A stretch of DNA of 64,000 bases from assembly GCA_031421835.1 (NCBI GenBank), contig JANOPL010000038.1:1972-65971 (forward strand), given 5' to 3'. How positions within the stretch are numbered: position 1 is the stretch's first letter; each line of letters opens with the position of its first letter. The notes under the pieces were generated by a model. It ran no database searches and was not told where the DNA came from. It worked only from the letters and a program-made list of their open reading frames with translations. A program made the position numbers and the translations under genes. Shown in pieces: positions 40,723 to 50,400 of the stretch. This DNA is from Hyphomicrobiales bacterium. Lineage in GTDB: Bacteria; Pseudomonadota; Alphaproteobacteria; Rhizobiales; Aestuariivirgaceae.

Positions 40723-42264
40723 ATGACCGAAACAACAACCATTCCGACTCAACGCCGTGCCGGTGGACGCGATGGCAGGCGGGCTTTGCGGGGGGCACCC
40801 ATGCTGTCGTTCCCGACTTTGGTGCGCAACATTCCAACCTATGAATTGTTACCCGCGGAAGCAGTGGAACTGATCCACGACGAGTCGATGAAAATTCTTG
40901 AAGAAGTCGGCTGCGAATTCCGCGATGATCAAGCCCCTGCCATGTGGAAGGCCGCAGGAGCTGATGTGCAGGGCACACGGGTGCGGATTGATCGCGCCCT
41001 GTTGATGCAATTGATTTCCACCGTGCCACCGGAATTTACACTGCATGCGCGGAACCCCGAACGCACAGTGAAGGTTGGCGGCAAGAACCAGATTTTCGTG
41101 CCGATGTATGGCGCACCCTATGTGCGCGACCTTGATAACGTCAGACGTTATGGCTCGCTCGAAGATCTCAATAATTTCCACAAGCTGGCTTATATGCTGC
41201 CGGCGCTCCATTCCTCATCTTCGATCTGTTGTGAACCCATGGAAGTCGCAGTCCCCAAGCGCCACCTCCACATCATCAATTCCGCCCTTACCTATTCCGA
41301 CAAACCTTTCATGGGCATCGTCACATCGCAAGAACGTGCTGAAGATGTGATGAAAATGGCTGGCATTGTGTTCGGTGATGATTTTGTCAAAGACAATACG
41401 GTTGTGGTGTCGATTACCAATTGCAATTCGCCGCTGGTGTGGGACCAGACCATGCTGGACGCAATGCGGGTTTACGCGTCGCACAATCAGCCCATCATCG
41501 CGGCACCGTTTGCGTTATGTGGAGCATCGACGTCAGCATCTGCCATTGGCGCAGTCGCACAGGTGAATGCCGAAGCCTTGGCAGGCGTGGCCTTCACGCA
41601 ACTCATCCGCAAAGGCGCTCCCTGCATCTATGGGCAGTTCATGGTGACGGTGGATATGAAAACCGGTGCGCCTATGGGCGGTACGCCAGAAGCTGCACAG
41701 ATGATGTTTGTAATGGGACAGTTGGCGCGGAAGTATAATCTGCCCTGGCGCACGTCTGGTTTCCATGTGGGTTCAAAGCTCAATGATGCGCAGGCCGGTT
41801 ATGAATCCAATATGCTGATGCACGCAGCTATTCTCTCCGGTGCGAATTACATCTGGCATGTGGCGGGCTGGCTGGAGGCTGGCCTGGCCTGCGGTTATTC
41901 CAAATTCGTCACGGATGCCGAGCAGCTTGTGGGATGGTATAAGTACGCAGGTGGCTTAACGTTCGACGATTTCAAAGACGCGATGGCGGCAGTCCGCGAA
42001 GTGGGCCCGCAAGGACATTTCCTGGGCACCGCCCACACACTGGAACATTTCGAAAAAGCCTTCTTCATGCCGAGCTTGATGGACTTCAACTCGTTTGAGC
42101 AATGGAATGCCGAAGGGGCCAAAGACCACGACACGCGCGGACGTGACAAGGCACGCTCCATGCTGGCGCAATATGAGCCCCCAAAGATGGATGAGGGCAT
42201 AGCTGAGGGTTTGCGCGACTTTATTGCGCGGCGTGAAAGCGAGTTGCCGAATACCGTAAATTGA
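40723..42264 (+). CDS. mttB: Trimethylamine methyltransferase family protein (MttB superfamily, non-pyrrolysine)
   Basis: RRAGGRDGRR N-terminus, NCNSPLVWD, DMKTGAPMGGTPE, DAQAGYES and HFLGTAHT motifs; no in-frame amber codon. Confidence 0.88.
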   Translation: MTETTTIPTQRRAGGRDGRRALRGAPMLSFPTLVRNIPTYELLPAEAVELIHDESMKILEEVGCEFRDDQAPAMWKAAGADVQGTRVRIDRALLMQLISTVPPEFTLHARNPERTVKVGGKNQIFVPMYGAPYVRDLDNVRRYGSLEDLNNFHKLAYMLPALHSSSSICCEPMEVAVPKRHLHIINSALTYSDKPFMGIVTSQERAEDVMKMAGIVFGDDFVKDNTVVVSITNCNSPLVWDQTMLDAMRVYASHNQPIIAAPFALCGASTSASAIGAVAQVNAEALAGVAFTQLIRKGAPCIYGQFMVTVDMKTGAPMGGTPEAAQMMFVMGQLARKYNLPWRTSGFHVGSKLNDAQAGYESNMLMHAAILSGANYIWHVAGWLEAGLACGYSKFVTDAEQLVGWYKYAGGLTFDDFKDAMAAVREVGPQGHFLGTAHTLEHFEKAFFMPSLMDFNSFEQWNAEGAKDHDTRGRDKARSMLAQYEPPKMDEGIAEGLRDFIARRESELPNTVN

Positions 42265-42408
42265 TCCTGATCGGTGTCAGAGTGTTCACTGGCCGTCTTC
42301 CAAATGAGTTTAGTTCCTGATCGGGAGCTAAACTATACTACGAAATTCCCGATAGGGATCAAATGATCTTGACAAATGGTGATTATTTAGTAATGATCCC
42401 GATCAGGA
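42265..42408. promoter_or_regulatory. hipBA promoter with four TCCYGATCRGGA-like operator palindromes
   Basis: Copies at 42265 (degenerate), 42315, 42347 and 42397; TTGACA at 42369; the last copy overlaps the AGGAG RBS. Confidence 0.7.
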
Positions 42409-42415
42409 GCGCCAA

Positions 42416-42844
42416 ATGACAGATTCAAAAACAAAAACGATCTCGCCGATTGCTCTTTCACCAGAAGTAAAAACCAGTTTCACTGAACTAGGTAAAACGT
42501 TCGGGGAGTTATCCAAGACATTGAGCGGAGCTTTTGCAGGGCTGAATCAGCCCACCAGCTTGCTCCGCCCATCTGAAGGAATAACAATGGGGGGGCCTTT
42601 AATACCGAAGCCAACAACAAAACCAACAAACATTGCAACTATAACAAACCCAAATCAACTCGGTGAATTAATCAGATCATCGCGCAAATCAAAAAAGCTG
42701 ACCCAACAAAAGCTCGCCGACCTTGCTGGTGTAGGTCGCCGTTTCATTGTAGAATGTGAAGCGGGGAAGCCTCGTTTGGAATTTGCTAAAGTGCTGCAAG
42801 TGACCGCCGCAACAGGTATTGATATTCTTGCGATCAAACGATGA
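42416..42844 (+). CDS. hipB: HipB-like XRE/HTH antitoxin with a long N-terminal extension
   Basis: LGELIRSSRKSKKLTQQKLADLAGVGRRFIVECEAGKP HTH; ATGA overlap with hipA. Confidence 0.82.
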   Translation: MTDSKTKTISPIALSPEVKTSFTELGKTFGELSKTLSGAFAGLNQPTSLLRPSEGITMGGPLIPKPTTKPTNIATITNPNQLGELIRSSRKSKKLTQQKLADLAGVGRRFIVECEAGKPRLEFAKVLQVTAATGIDILAIKR

Positions 42845-44193
42845 CTGCACTTACACTTGATGTGCGGCTGGATGGATATGCGGCACCTATTGGCAAGCTC
42901 GTGCGCGCTGAATCGGGCAATGTCGGATTCACCTACAGCAAAAAACACTTGGCAATCGCAAACGCCTTACCGTTGTCGCTATCTTTCCCATTGAAGGACG
43001 AACCTTACGGTGATGTGACAACGCGTTCCTTCTTTTCCAACCTGTTACAGGAGCGCGACCAGCCACTGCGAGAGGTCATGGAAAAATATGGAATCGAATC
43101 TGCTGATTTCGTTGGATTACTTTTTTACATGGGTGCCGATTGTGCTGGTGCGGTTTCCATTTTGCCCGAGGGAGCGCCACCGACGAAAGTCCCTGGGAAT
43201 CTCGAAACAGACTATGACGTATTGTCATCTGAAAACCTCGAATTAATCGTCCGGGCACTTCATGACCGCCGTCCCTTGCCCAACGATTTACGCGATCCTT
43301 CGCCGCTGGCCGGTGTTCAGAGCAAGTTATCCATTTTGCTTTTGGCGAATGAACAGTTTGCACTCCCTAAACCTGGAACAGGCGCACCGACAACCCATGT
43401 CATGAAAGTACCTGATCGTGATCACAAAGCGGATTCACAGCGTGAAAGTCTGTCTCTGCAGCTTTCAGACCAATGCGGCATCACCACTGTCCCGTCGGCT
43501 CAACTGGATGTCGCAGATATTCCTGTTCTCCTTACCACTCGTTTTGACCGCGGACGCAATGCCCTTGGGCAGATTATTCGACTCCACCAAGAAGATTTTG
43601 CCCAAGCGCTCTCACTTCCACCCAGCCTCAAATATGAAAGGCGTGGAATTGAAGGACGCAGCTTCAATGCCCGCGCAATTGGCGGGTTGCTGAATGAGAC
43701 TGCAAACCCGGACATTGGACGTAATACAATTTTGAAACTGACGCTGTTCGATATGTTGGTGGGCAACGTAGACGGCCACGCAAAAAATCATGCTTTGCTC
43801 TACGGGCAAGGCACACGGCCCAATCTGTCGCCACGGTATGATATTCTTCCAACAAGACTGGATGATAGTTTCACCGAGGAGATGTCCTATTCTGTAGGAA
43901 CAGCCAAAGTTCTGGATGAAGTTGATCAGTCACAGTTTTCAAAGTTCTTGAGCGATATTGGAATTCCCCGACCCGCTGCACAAAAGCGCTTGGTCACATC
44001 TGCGTTGGACCAAATTGTGACTGTACTTACTAAGCAGTTAGACGGGTTGAACCGCATCAACCAAAAATCGTACGCCGACCTCATCGCAGCAAACATGCGG
44101 CAACTTTTGCCCAAACTTGGCTACCCCGTTCCTAAAGAAGCACAAGAGCGCGATGCCCATGTCGTGCGCGGCGGTGGTTGGTTGACCAGTTGA
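42841..44193 (+). CDS. hipA: HipA-family Ser/Thr kinase toxin
   Basis: LSLSFP N-terminal domain, SPLAGVQSK loop, HQEDFAQAL, GNVDGHAKN and LSPRYDI motifs. Confidence 0.92.
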   Translation: MTALTLDVRLDGYAAPIGKLVRAESGNVGFTYSKKHLAIANALPLSLSFPLKDEPYGDVTTRSFFSNLLQERDQPLREVMEKYGIESADFVGLLFYMGADCAGAVSILPEGAPPTKVPGNLETDYDVLSSENLELIVRALHDRRPLPNDLRDPSPLAGVQSKLSILLLANEQFALPKPGTGAPTTHVMKVPDRDHKADSQRESLSLQLSDQCGITTVPSAQLDVADIPVLLTTRFDRGRNALGQIIRLHQEDFAQALSLPPSLKYERRGIEGRSFNARAIGGLLNETANPDIGRNTILKLTLFDMLVGNVDGHAKNHALLYGQGTRPNLSPRYDILPTRLDDSFTEEMSYSVGTAKVLDEVDQSQFSKFLSDIGIPRPAAQKRLVTSALDQIVTVLTKQLDGLNRINQKSYADLIAANMRQLLPKLGYPVPKEAQERDAHVVRGGGWLTS

Positions 44194-44224
44194 GTTACGC
44201 TTTAAACTAAGCCACAGTCCAACA

Positions 44225-44851
44225 ATGCAAGATTACATCACATCGGCACTTGCCACGTTGCTTGTCATCGTTGACCCGATTTTCCTCAGCGCCATGTTTC
44301 TGGGTCTCACCAATGATCTCAACAAGGAACAGCGCAGAGAGGTTGCCTTGCGCGGATCAGTCATTGCCTTCTGCATTTTGTTGGGTGCCGGGCTGGGTGG
44401 TGCGAAACTACTTTCCCTCCTCGGTATTTCACTCTCCGCGTTCCGCATCGCCGGAGGGCTGCTTTTGCTTTCCGCTGCCGCCGAGATGGTGTTTGACCGC
44501 CGCAGCCAGCGTCAGCAGGACACGGTCACCAAAGCTATCAGCATTGATCATGTAAAAAACATTGCAGCCTTTCCATTGGCCATACCTCTGATGGCCGGGC
44601 CCGGCGCTATCACCGCAATGATCCTTTTGGCTGGTCGCGCTGAGGGCGATTGGAGCAAGCTCACGGCACTTTATGTGGTGACTGCGGTCGTCATGCTGTC
44701 GTGTTTTCTCTGTTTTTTGGCGGCCGACCGTATTTCCAAAACAATGGGCATTACCGGCAGGGCCGTGATCTCGCGATTGCTGGGAATTATCCTGGCAGCG
44801 CTGGCTGTTCAATTCATTATCGACGGCATTCAGGTTCTGCTGAGGCAGTGA
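44225..44851 (+). CDS. marC: MarC family membrane protein
   Basis: SAFRIAGGLLL, FPLAIPLMAGPGAIT and RLLGIILAALAVQF motifs. Confidence 0.9.
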   Translation: MQDYITSALATLLVIVDPIFLSAMFLGLTNDLNKEQRREVALRGSVIAFCILLGAGLGGAKLLSLLGISLSAFRIAGGLLLLSAAAEMVFDRRSQRQQDTVTKAISIDHVKNIAAFPLAIPLMAGPGAITAMILLAGRAEGDWSKLTALYVVTAVVMLSCFLCFLAADRISKTMGITGRAVISRLLGIILAALAVQFIIDGIQVLLRQ

Positions 44852-44861
44852 TGTTCACGTA

Positions 44862-45170
44862 TCATTGAGGCGCTCCGATGCTTTGACCGAGCTTGGAAAG
44901 GCCCGGCAACAACCGCGAACCTGCAAAACCCAACAGCAATGCGAAAGCCACGCCCAATCCCCAAATGCCGATCACAAGCCATTCGGCTGCATCTGTTCCG
45001 AACATCGTGAGCCAGGACAGCCACTCCACCGCTTCAGGACTTGGGGTGAGGACGTCCACATTGCGATTGGCCACAGAGCCACCCCAGCCTATCAGGCTGT
45101 GCAGAAACCAAGCCAATCCACTCCAAACAACCAGTCCAATGCCGATAACGCCCCACAACACTTTCTTCAT
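44862..45170 (-). CDS. Small hypothetical membrane protein
   Basis: MKKVLWG start with a GGGAG RBS; two hydrophobic segments. Confidence 0.7.
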   Translation of the reverse strand: MKKVLWGVIGIGLVVWSGLAWFLHSLIGWGGSVANRNVDVLTPSPEAVEWLSWLTMFGTDAAEWLVIGIWGLGVAFALLLGFAGSRLLPGLSKLGQSIGAPQ

Positions 45171-45308
45171 ACCCAAAACTCCCAAAGCATGCCGTTCTAA
45201 TACTTGATATGGTGGGCGGCCTTGCAAGCGCAATCCATTGTTGGCGCTGTGTCGCATTAAATCTCTGCAAGCTCAAAGTGATCAACGCAGCTTATCGCCA
45301 AGCGTTAC

Positions 45309-45350
45309 AAAAAAGGGGGATGAAGTGGAGGCCCGCTCCACTTCATCCCC
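45309..45350 (-). terminator. Strong intrinsic terminator
   Basis: Perfect 15-bp stem GGGGATGAAGTGGAG/CTCCACTTCATCCCC followed by CTTTTTT on the minus strand. Confidence 0.85.
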
Positions 45351-45423
45351 AAGTTCAGCCTTTGAGGGCCGATCGCGAAACAAACTGCTTCAGAAATGGG
45401 AGGATCCAAACAGGAATGCGATG
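45309..45423 (-). ncRNA. Candidate ~115-nt small RNA
   Basis: Bounded by a sigma54-like promoter and an intrinsic terminator; no ATG before the terminator hairpin; contains the anti-SD-like UCCUCCC. Confidence 0.45.
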
Positions 45424-45433
45424 TTTACTGGTT

Positions 45434-45449
45434 CGCAAGCTGCGTGCCA
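45434..45449 (-). promoter_or_regulatory. Sigma54 (-24/-12) promoter-like site
   Basis: TGGCACGCAGCTTGCG on the minus strand matches TGGCAC-N5-TTGC. Confidence 0.6.
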
Positions 45450-45586
45450 GTTTTGGTGCGCGGCACAAAAATCTCTTATATTATTGAATATAAAGCACTA
45501 AAATGCATTTGGACTGTTTTGCCGGATCGGCGCCAGAAAAGCCAAAGCTGCAACTTTGTGCAACGCAATATCTAAAAAGGCAGCAC

Positions 45587-46774
45587 TTAAATGATGCGCC
45601 CAATTTTTAACCAGTTGGTAAAACGATCGATGCCTTCGCGCAGGGTGTCTTCATTCTTCAAGTAACACATGCGCAGGAAGCCTTCACCGCCCGGTCCAAA
45701 GGTGCCACCAGGGGCAAAACCCACACCCGCCTCATCGATGATGCGCAAGCATGTCGCGAGTGAATCGGTCATGCCATCGATTGAGAAGAACAAATAGAAC
45801 GCGCCATCTGGCACCTGGAAACGCAAGCGATCATTCTGACGGAAAGAGTTTACAACGATATCGCGGTTTTTGCGCGCCGTCGCCACTTGGGCGTCGACAA
45901 AGGCATCGCCGTTTTCAACAGCATAGGCGCAGCCTTTTTGCAGGAATACTGGCGAGCCCGAAGTGTTGTATTGGATAAAGCGTTCGGCAACCGGTGCAAG
46001 TTCCAGCGGATATTGCATCCAGCCCTGCCGCCAACCCGTCATCGCCCAGTTTTTCGAGAAGGTGTTGCAAAGGATCAAGCGTTCATCAAGGTCGCACACG
46101 TCAAGGAATGAAGGTGCACGATTGACGCCCGCCTTGCCGAAATGAAACCGGCTGTAAACTTCATCTGCCAAAATCCAGATGCCGGATTTGCGCGCAAAGT
46201 CCCTGATCGCAATCAAGTCTTCCCGTGTTGCGGTCCAACCCAAGGGATTTGATGGCGAGTTGATGCAGATGGCTTTGGTGTGCAGTGTCAACGCCGCAAA
46301 CAAGCGGTCCAAATCCAGGGACCATGTGCCATTGGCAAACAGCATTGGCACTTCCACCGGCTTTGTTCCTTGCATGCGCAGGGGACCTGCGTAATTGGGC
46401 CAGGCGGGCGTGGGAATGATGACTTCATCACCATCAGCTGCAATCATTTGAATGGCGTTTTGGATGGCCTGCATGCCGCCGCCGGTGATGCCGAAATTGT
46501 CGATATGCAAATTCACGCCGTAATGTTTTGCGTGATAGCGCACAAGCGCCTCGCGCAATTCCGGAATGCCGCGCTGCCACGTATAAAATGTTTCGCCTGC
46601 GAGCAAGCTGTCAATCGCAGGACGGCAAAAGGCCTCAGGTGTTGGCAAATTTCCTTGCCCGGACCAGAACGCCATCACGTCAGGTTTGGCCATCCCATAC
46701 ATCGCCGCTGTAACAATGCCACTGTCAGGTTCAGTTTGTGCGGGTTGTGTGAGGCGGGAAATGAGGTCTTGCAT
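45587..46774 (-). CDS. Class I/II PLP-dependent aminotransferase (aspartate aminotransferase-like)
   Basis: NSPSNPLG, ADEVY and FSKNWAMTGWRQG motifs. Confidence 0.9.
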   Translation of the reverse strand: MQDLISRLTQPAQTEPDSGIVTAAMYGMAKPDVMAFWSGQGNLPTPEAFCRPAIDSLLAGETFYTWQRGIPELREALVRYHAKHYGVNLHIDNFGITGGGMQAIQNAIQMIAADGDEVIIPTPAWPNYAGPLRMQGTKPVEVPMLFANGTWSLDLDRLFAALTLHTKAICINSPSNPLGWTATREDLIAIRDFARKSGIWILADEVYSRFHFGKAGVNRAPSFLDVCDLDERLILCNTFSKNWAMTGWRQGWMQYPLELAPVAERFIQYNTSGSPVFLQKGCAYAVENGDAFVDAQVATARKNRDIVVNSFRQNDRLRFQVPDGAFYLFFSIDGMTDSLATCLRIIDEAGVGFAPGGTFGPGGEGFLRMCYLKNEDTLREGIDRFTNWLKIGRII

Positions 46775-46795
46775 TCACACCATAGAGCAAAAACA

Positions 46796-46822
46796 AAACC
46801 CGCGGGCAAGGCCCACGGGTTT
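46796..46822 (-). terminator. mscL intrinsic terminator
   Basis: AAACCCGTGGGC-CTT-GCCCGCGGGTTT (one G-U pair) followed by TGTTTTTG on the minus strand. Confidence 0.7.
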
Positions 46823-46845
46823 CTTGGCAGATATGCGTTTGAAGT

Positions 46846-47283
46846 TTACTTCTTCTTGACGGCAACCGGTGCTCCGGTGCTGCGCAGAGAGTCGCGAATT
46901 TCAGCAAGCAACACATCGGTTGTTGATGCCGCTGGTGGTGGTGCGGGTGGTTCTGCCTTCTTCATGCGGTTTGACATTTTCACCAGTTGCAGCATAACGA
47001 ATGCCAAGATCAAGAAATTGATCAGGATGGTGATGAAGTTACCATAGGCAAATGTCGCGCCAGCTTCTTGCGCCTTGGCAAGAACGGTTGCACCAGGAGC
47101 GCCCGAAAGCTGCACGAACTTGTTTGAGAAGTCGATACCGCCAGTCAGAAAGCCGACGATTGGCATGATCAAGTCCTTGACCATCGAGTCAACGATCTTG
47201 CCGAAGGCACCACCCATGATCACGCCGATAGCGAGATCGAATGCGTTGCCCTTGAACGCAAATTCTTTGAATTCATTCCACAT
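46846..47283 (-). CDS. mscL: Large-conductance mechanosensitive channel
   Basis: [33 protein letters not shown] and LLAEIRD motifs. Confidence 0.95.
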   Translation of the reverse strand: MWNEFKEFAFKGNAFDLAIGVIMGGAFGKIVDSMVKDLIMPIVGFLTGGIDFSNKFVQLSGAPGATVLAKAQEAGATFAYGNFITILINFLILAFVMLQLVKMSNRMKKAEPPAPPPAASTTDVLLAEIRDSLRSTGAPVAVKKK

Positions 47284-47440
47284 ATTTGATATCCCCCTCG
47301 GATACTGGTTTGACAGATAAGACGCCAAGGTTCCCCCAAGGCTGCGGCCCTGTTAATCTATTGGCAAGATTTATCCAAGCTTCTTTTCCAGCTTGCCCCT
47401 GACAGTCGCTGTGAGCTTAAACAAACCCTTGGGAGCGGTG

Positions 47441-50400
47441 ATGGCCATTCAAGGTTGGACAGTTTTGCTGGTGGGCCTGGTTTATGTGGGCCTGCTTTTT
47501 GCTGTGGCTACTTGGGGCGATGCAAAGTCAACCGTTCATGCCAAACACCGCCGCCCAAAGCCCCTGGTCTATGCACTCTCTCTGGCGGTTTATTGTACGT
47601 CTTGGACTTACTTCGGCAGCGTGGGGGCGGCGTCACGTACAGGGTTTGATTTTATCCCGGTTTATCTCGGTCCAATTTTGATGTTTGCGCTGGGTGCACC
47701 TTTGATTGCCCGCGTGGTGATGCTGGCCAAGCGTCAGAATATTGCGTCGATCGCGGACTTTATTGCAGCACGTTACGGCAAGAACGAAGGCTTGGGCGCG
47801 CTGGTTGCCATCATCGCCATGATTGGCATTGTTCCCTATATTTCGATCCAGTTGAAAGCCCTGTCTTTTTCCCTGCAAGCCATGATGGCGGCCAGTGGCT
47901 GGACGCAAGCCGCGTGGCTGCCCGCGTCCATGGGCGGTGATTTGGCATTGTTTGTGACCATCGCCTTGGCCGTCTTTGCCATGTTGTTTGGCACCCGGCA
48001 CATTGATGCAACAGAACACCAAGACGGATTGATGTTGGCCATCGCGGTCGAAAGCGTGGTGAAGCTCGCCGCATTTCTAACTGTTGGCTTGTTTGTGGTG
48101 TTTAGTTTGGCTGGCGGGCCAACAGCGCTGCTGGAGATTGCACAATCCAATCCCACCATTACGAACGTGTTCACCCAAGCGCCTGATGGTGCGCGCTGGT
48201 TGACTGTAACATTCCTGTCGGCCTGCGCCATGATGTTGCTGCCTCGGCAGTTTCATGTTGCTGTCGTTGAGAACGCCCATGGCAACGACGTGCGCCGTGC
48301 GGCTTGGTTGTTTCCACTCTATTTGATCGCCATCAATATTTTTGTGGCACCTATCGCCATTATGGGTTTGGCGCAATTGCCCGGCATTGATGCTGACACT
48401 TATGTATTGGCGCTGCCCGTTGCAGCTGAAGCCCATTGGATTGCATTTATTGCTTTCATCGGCGGCGTCTCTGCGGCCACCGCCATGGTCATCGTTGAAA
48501 CCATTGCCCTGTCGATCATGATCTCGAACAACGTCATCGTGCCGCTGGTGCTGTTGCGCCAAGGCGAACACAACATGTTCCAACACTCACCCAATGGTGA
48601 CAAGAGTTCGGCCTTGATCATTATCCGGCGTGTCACCATCGGGCTGATATTGCTGCTGGCCTATGTGTATTTCTGGTCAGCCGGTAATTCGGCGGCACTG
48701 GCGCAAACGGGTTTGATTTCATTCGCAGCTGTGGCGCAGTTTGCACCCGCCTTCTTCGGTGGCTTGGTCTGGCCACGCGCCACCGCCAGGGGTGCGGTTG
48801 CGGGCATTGTCATAGGCTTTGGTGTTTGGGCCTACACGCTGCTAGTTCCATCCTTCGTCGATTCAGGCTGGATTGCTGATGGCATTCTGAAAGATGGGCC
48901 ATTCGGGATAGCGGCATTGAAACCGCGCCAATTGCTGGGTCTGGAGTTTGAACCTTTGACCCATGGTGTGTTGTGGTCACTCACCTGTAATCTGGCAGCC
49001 TACATCGGCTTTTCCTTGATGCGGGCACCGAGCCAGATTGAAGTGCTGCAGGCCAGCATTTTCACCGCACAGGATTTGCAAGGCAAAGCCAATCCGGGGT
49101 TTCGCTTGTGGCGGTCGAGTGTGACCACCGGCCAGCTTGAGGAAACAGTCGCACGGTATTTAGGGCGCGAGCATGCACGTCTGGCGTTTGCTGATCTGGC
49201 AGTGTCGCGCGACATCGACGATGATCCTGAAATTGAGGCTGATATTGTCAGCCTGCATCATGGTGAACATCTGGTGGCGTCAGCTGTCGGTCCCGCATCA
49301 GCGCGGCTGGTCATGGGTTTGTTGCTGGAACGCAACTCGAAAGGATCGCGCAAAGCCATTCAATTGCTGGATGATGCATCAAGTGCCATTCAAGCCAGCC
49401 GCACATTGCTGCAGTCGGCCATCGACAACATGCCACAGGGCATTGCGGTATTCGGGCAGACTGGCGAACTCATCATCTGGAACCCGCCCCTGCAACAGCT
49501 GTTGGCCTTGCCTGCCGATATGGCGCGCATGGGCACGTCGTTAACCAGCATCATGCAAATGGTCAAATCGCACACAGAAAGCAGCGGAGCAAATGCTGCC
49601 GCCTTGGCCGCGGCATTGCAAACAACTGAACTGGTTTACCGTGAGCGTTTCATCCGACCGCGGCGCGTGGTGGATATTCAAAGTGCCAAGCTGCCCGATG
49701 GTGGCATGGTTGTGACCTTCACCGATGTGACCGACAGTGTGAATGCCGCCGATGCCTTGACGCTTGCCAATGAAACACTGGAGCTTCGCGTGAAGCAGCG
49801 CACCGCTGAACTGACACAACTCAATGCAGAGTTGGTGAAAGCCAAAGCTGCCGCTGATACAGCAAACCTGAGCAAGACCCGCTTCTTCGCAGCAGCCAGC
49901 CATGACATTTTGCAGCCGTTGAATGCCGCTCGCCTGTTCACGTCAACATTGGTGGAAAACCGTGATGCCACCGAACAGCAGCAACTTGTGCGCAACGTCG
50001 ATCAGTCATTGGAAGCCGTAGAAGATATCCTGGCGACCGTGCTCGATATTTCCCGCTTCGACGCCGGCGGTGTAAAACCCGAACTATCGTCATTCCGCCT
50101 GCAAGATATCCTTACGCCACTCGAACAAGAATTCAGAGTTGAAGCAGAGCGCAAGGGTTTGGACTTGCGGATCATGACCTCGAAAGTTACCCTGCGCAGC
50201 GATCGCCGATTGTTGCGCCGCATCCTGCAAAACCTGATTTCCAACGCCATCAAATACACGCCGAAGGGCCGCGTTTTGGTAGGCTGCAAGCGCGCGGGAA
50301 CCAACATCAGAATCATTGTGGGAGACACCGGCTACGGTATTCCGGCGGAACAACAAAAATTAGTGTTTCAAGAGTTTGAGCGTTTGGGCCGGGACCAAGG

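Noticed and set aside
40723-42264. Pyrrolysine recoding in mttB
   Set aside because: The ORF is continuous with no in-frame TAG, and no pyl genes are present.
42265-44224. hipBA as part of a mobile element
   Set aside because: No transposase, integrase, terminal inverted repeats or target-site duplication seen at either boundary.
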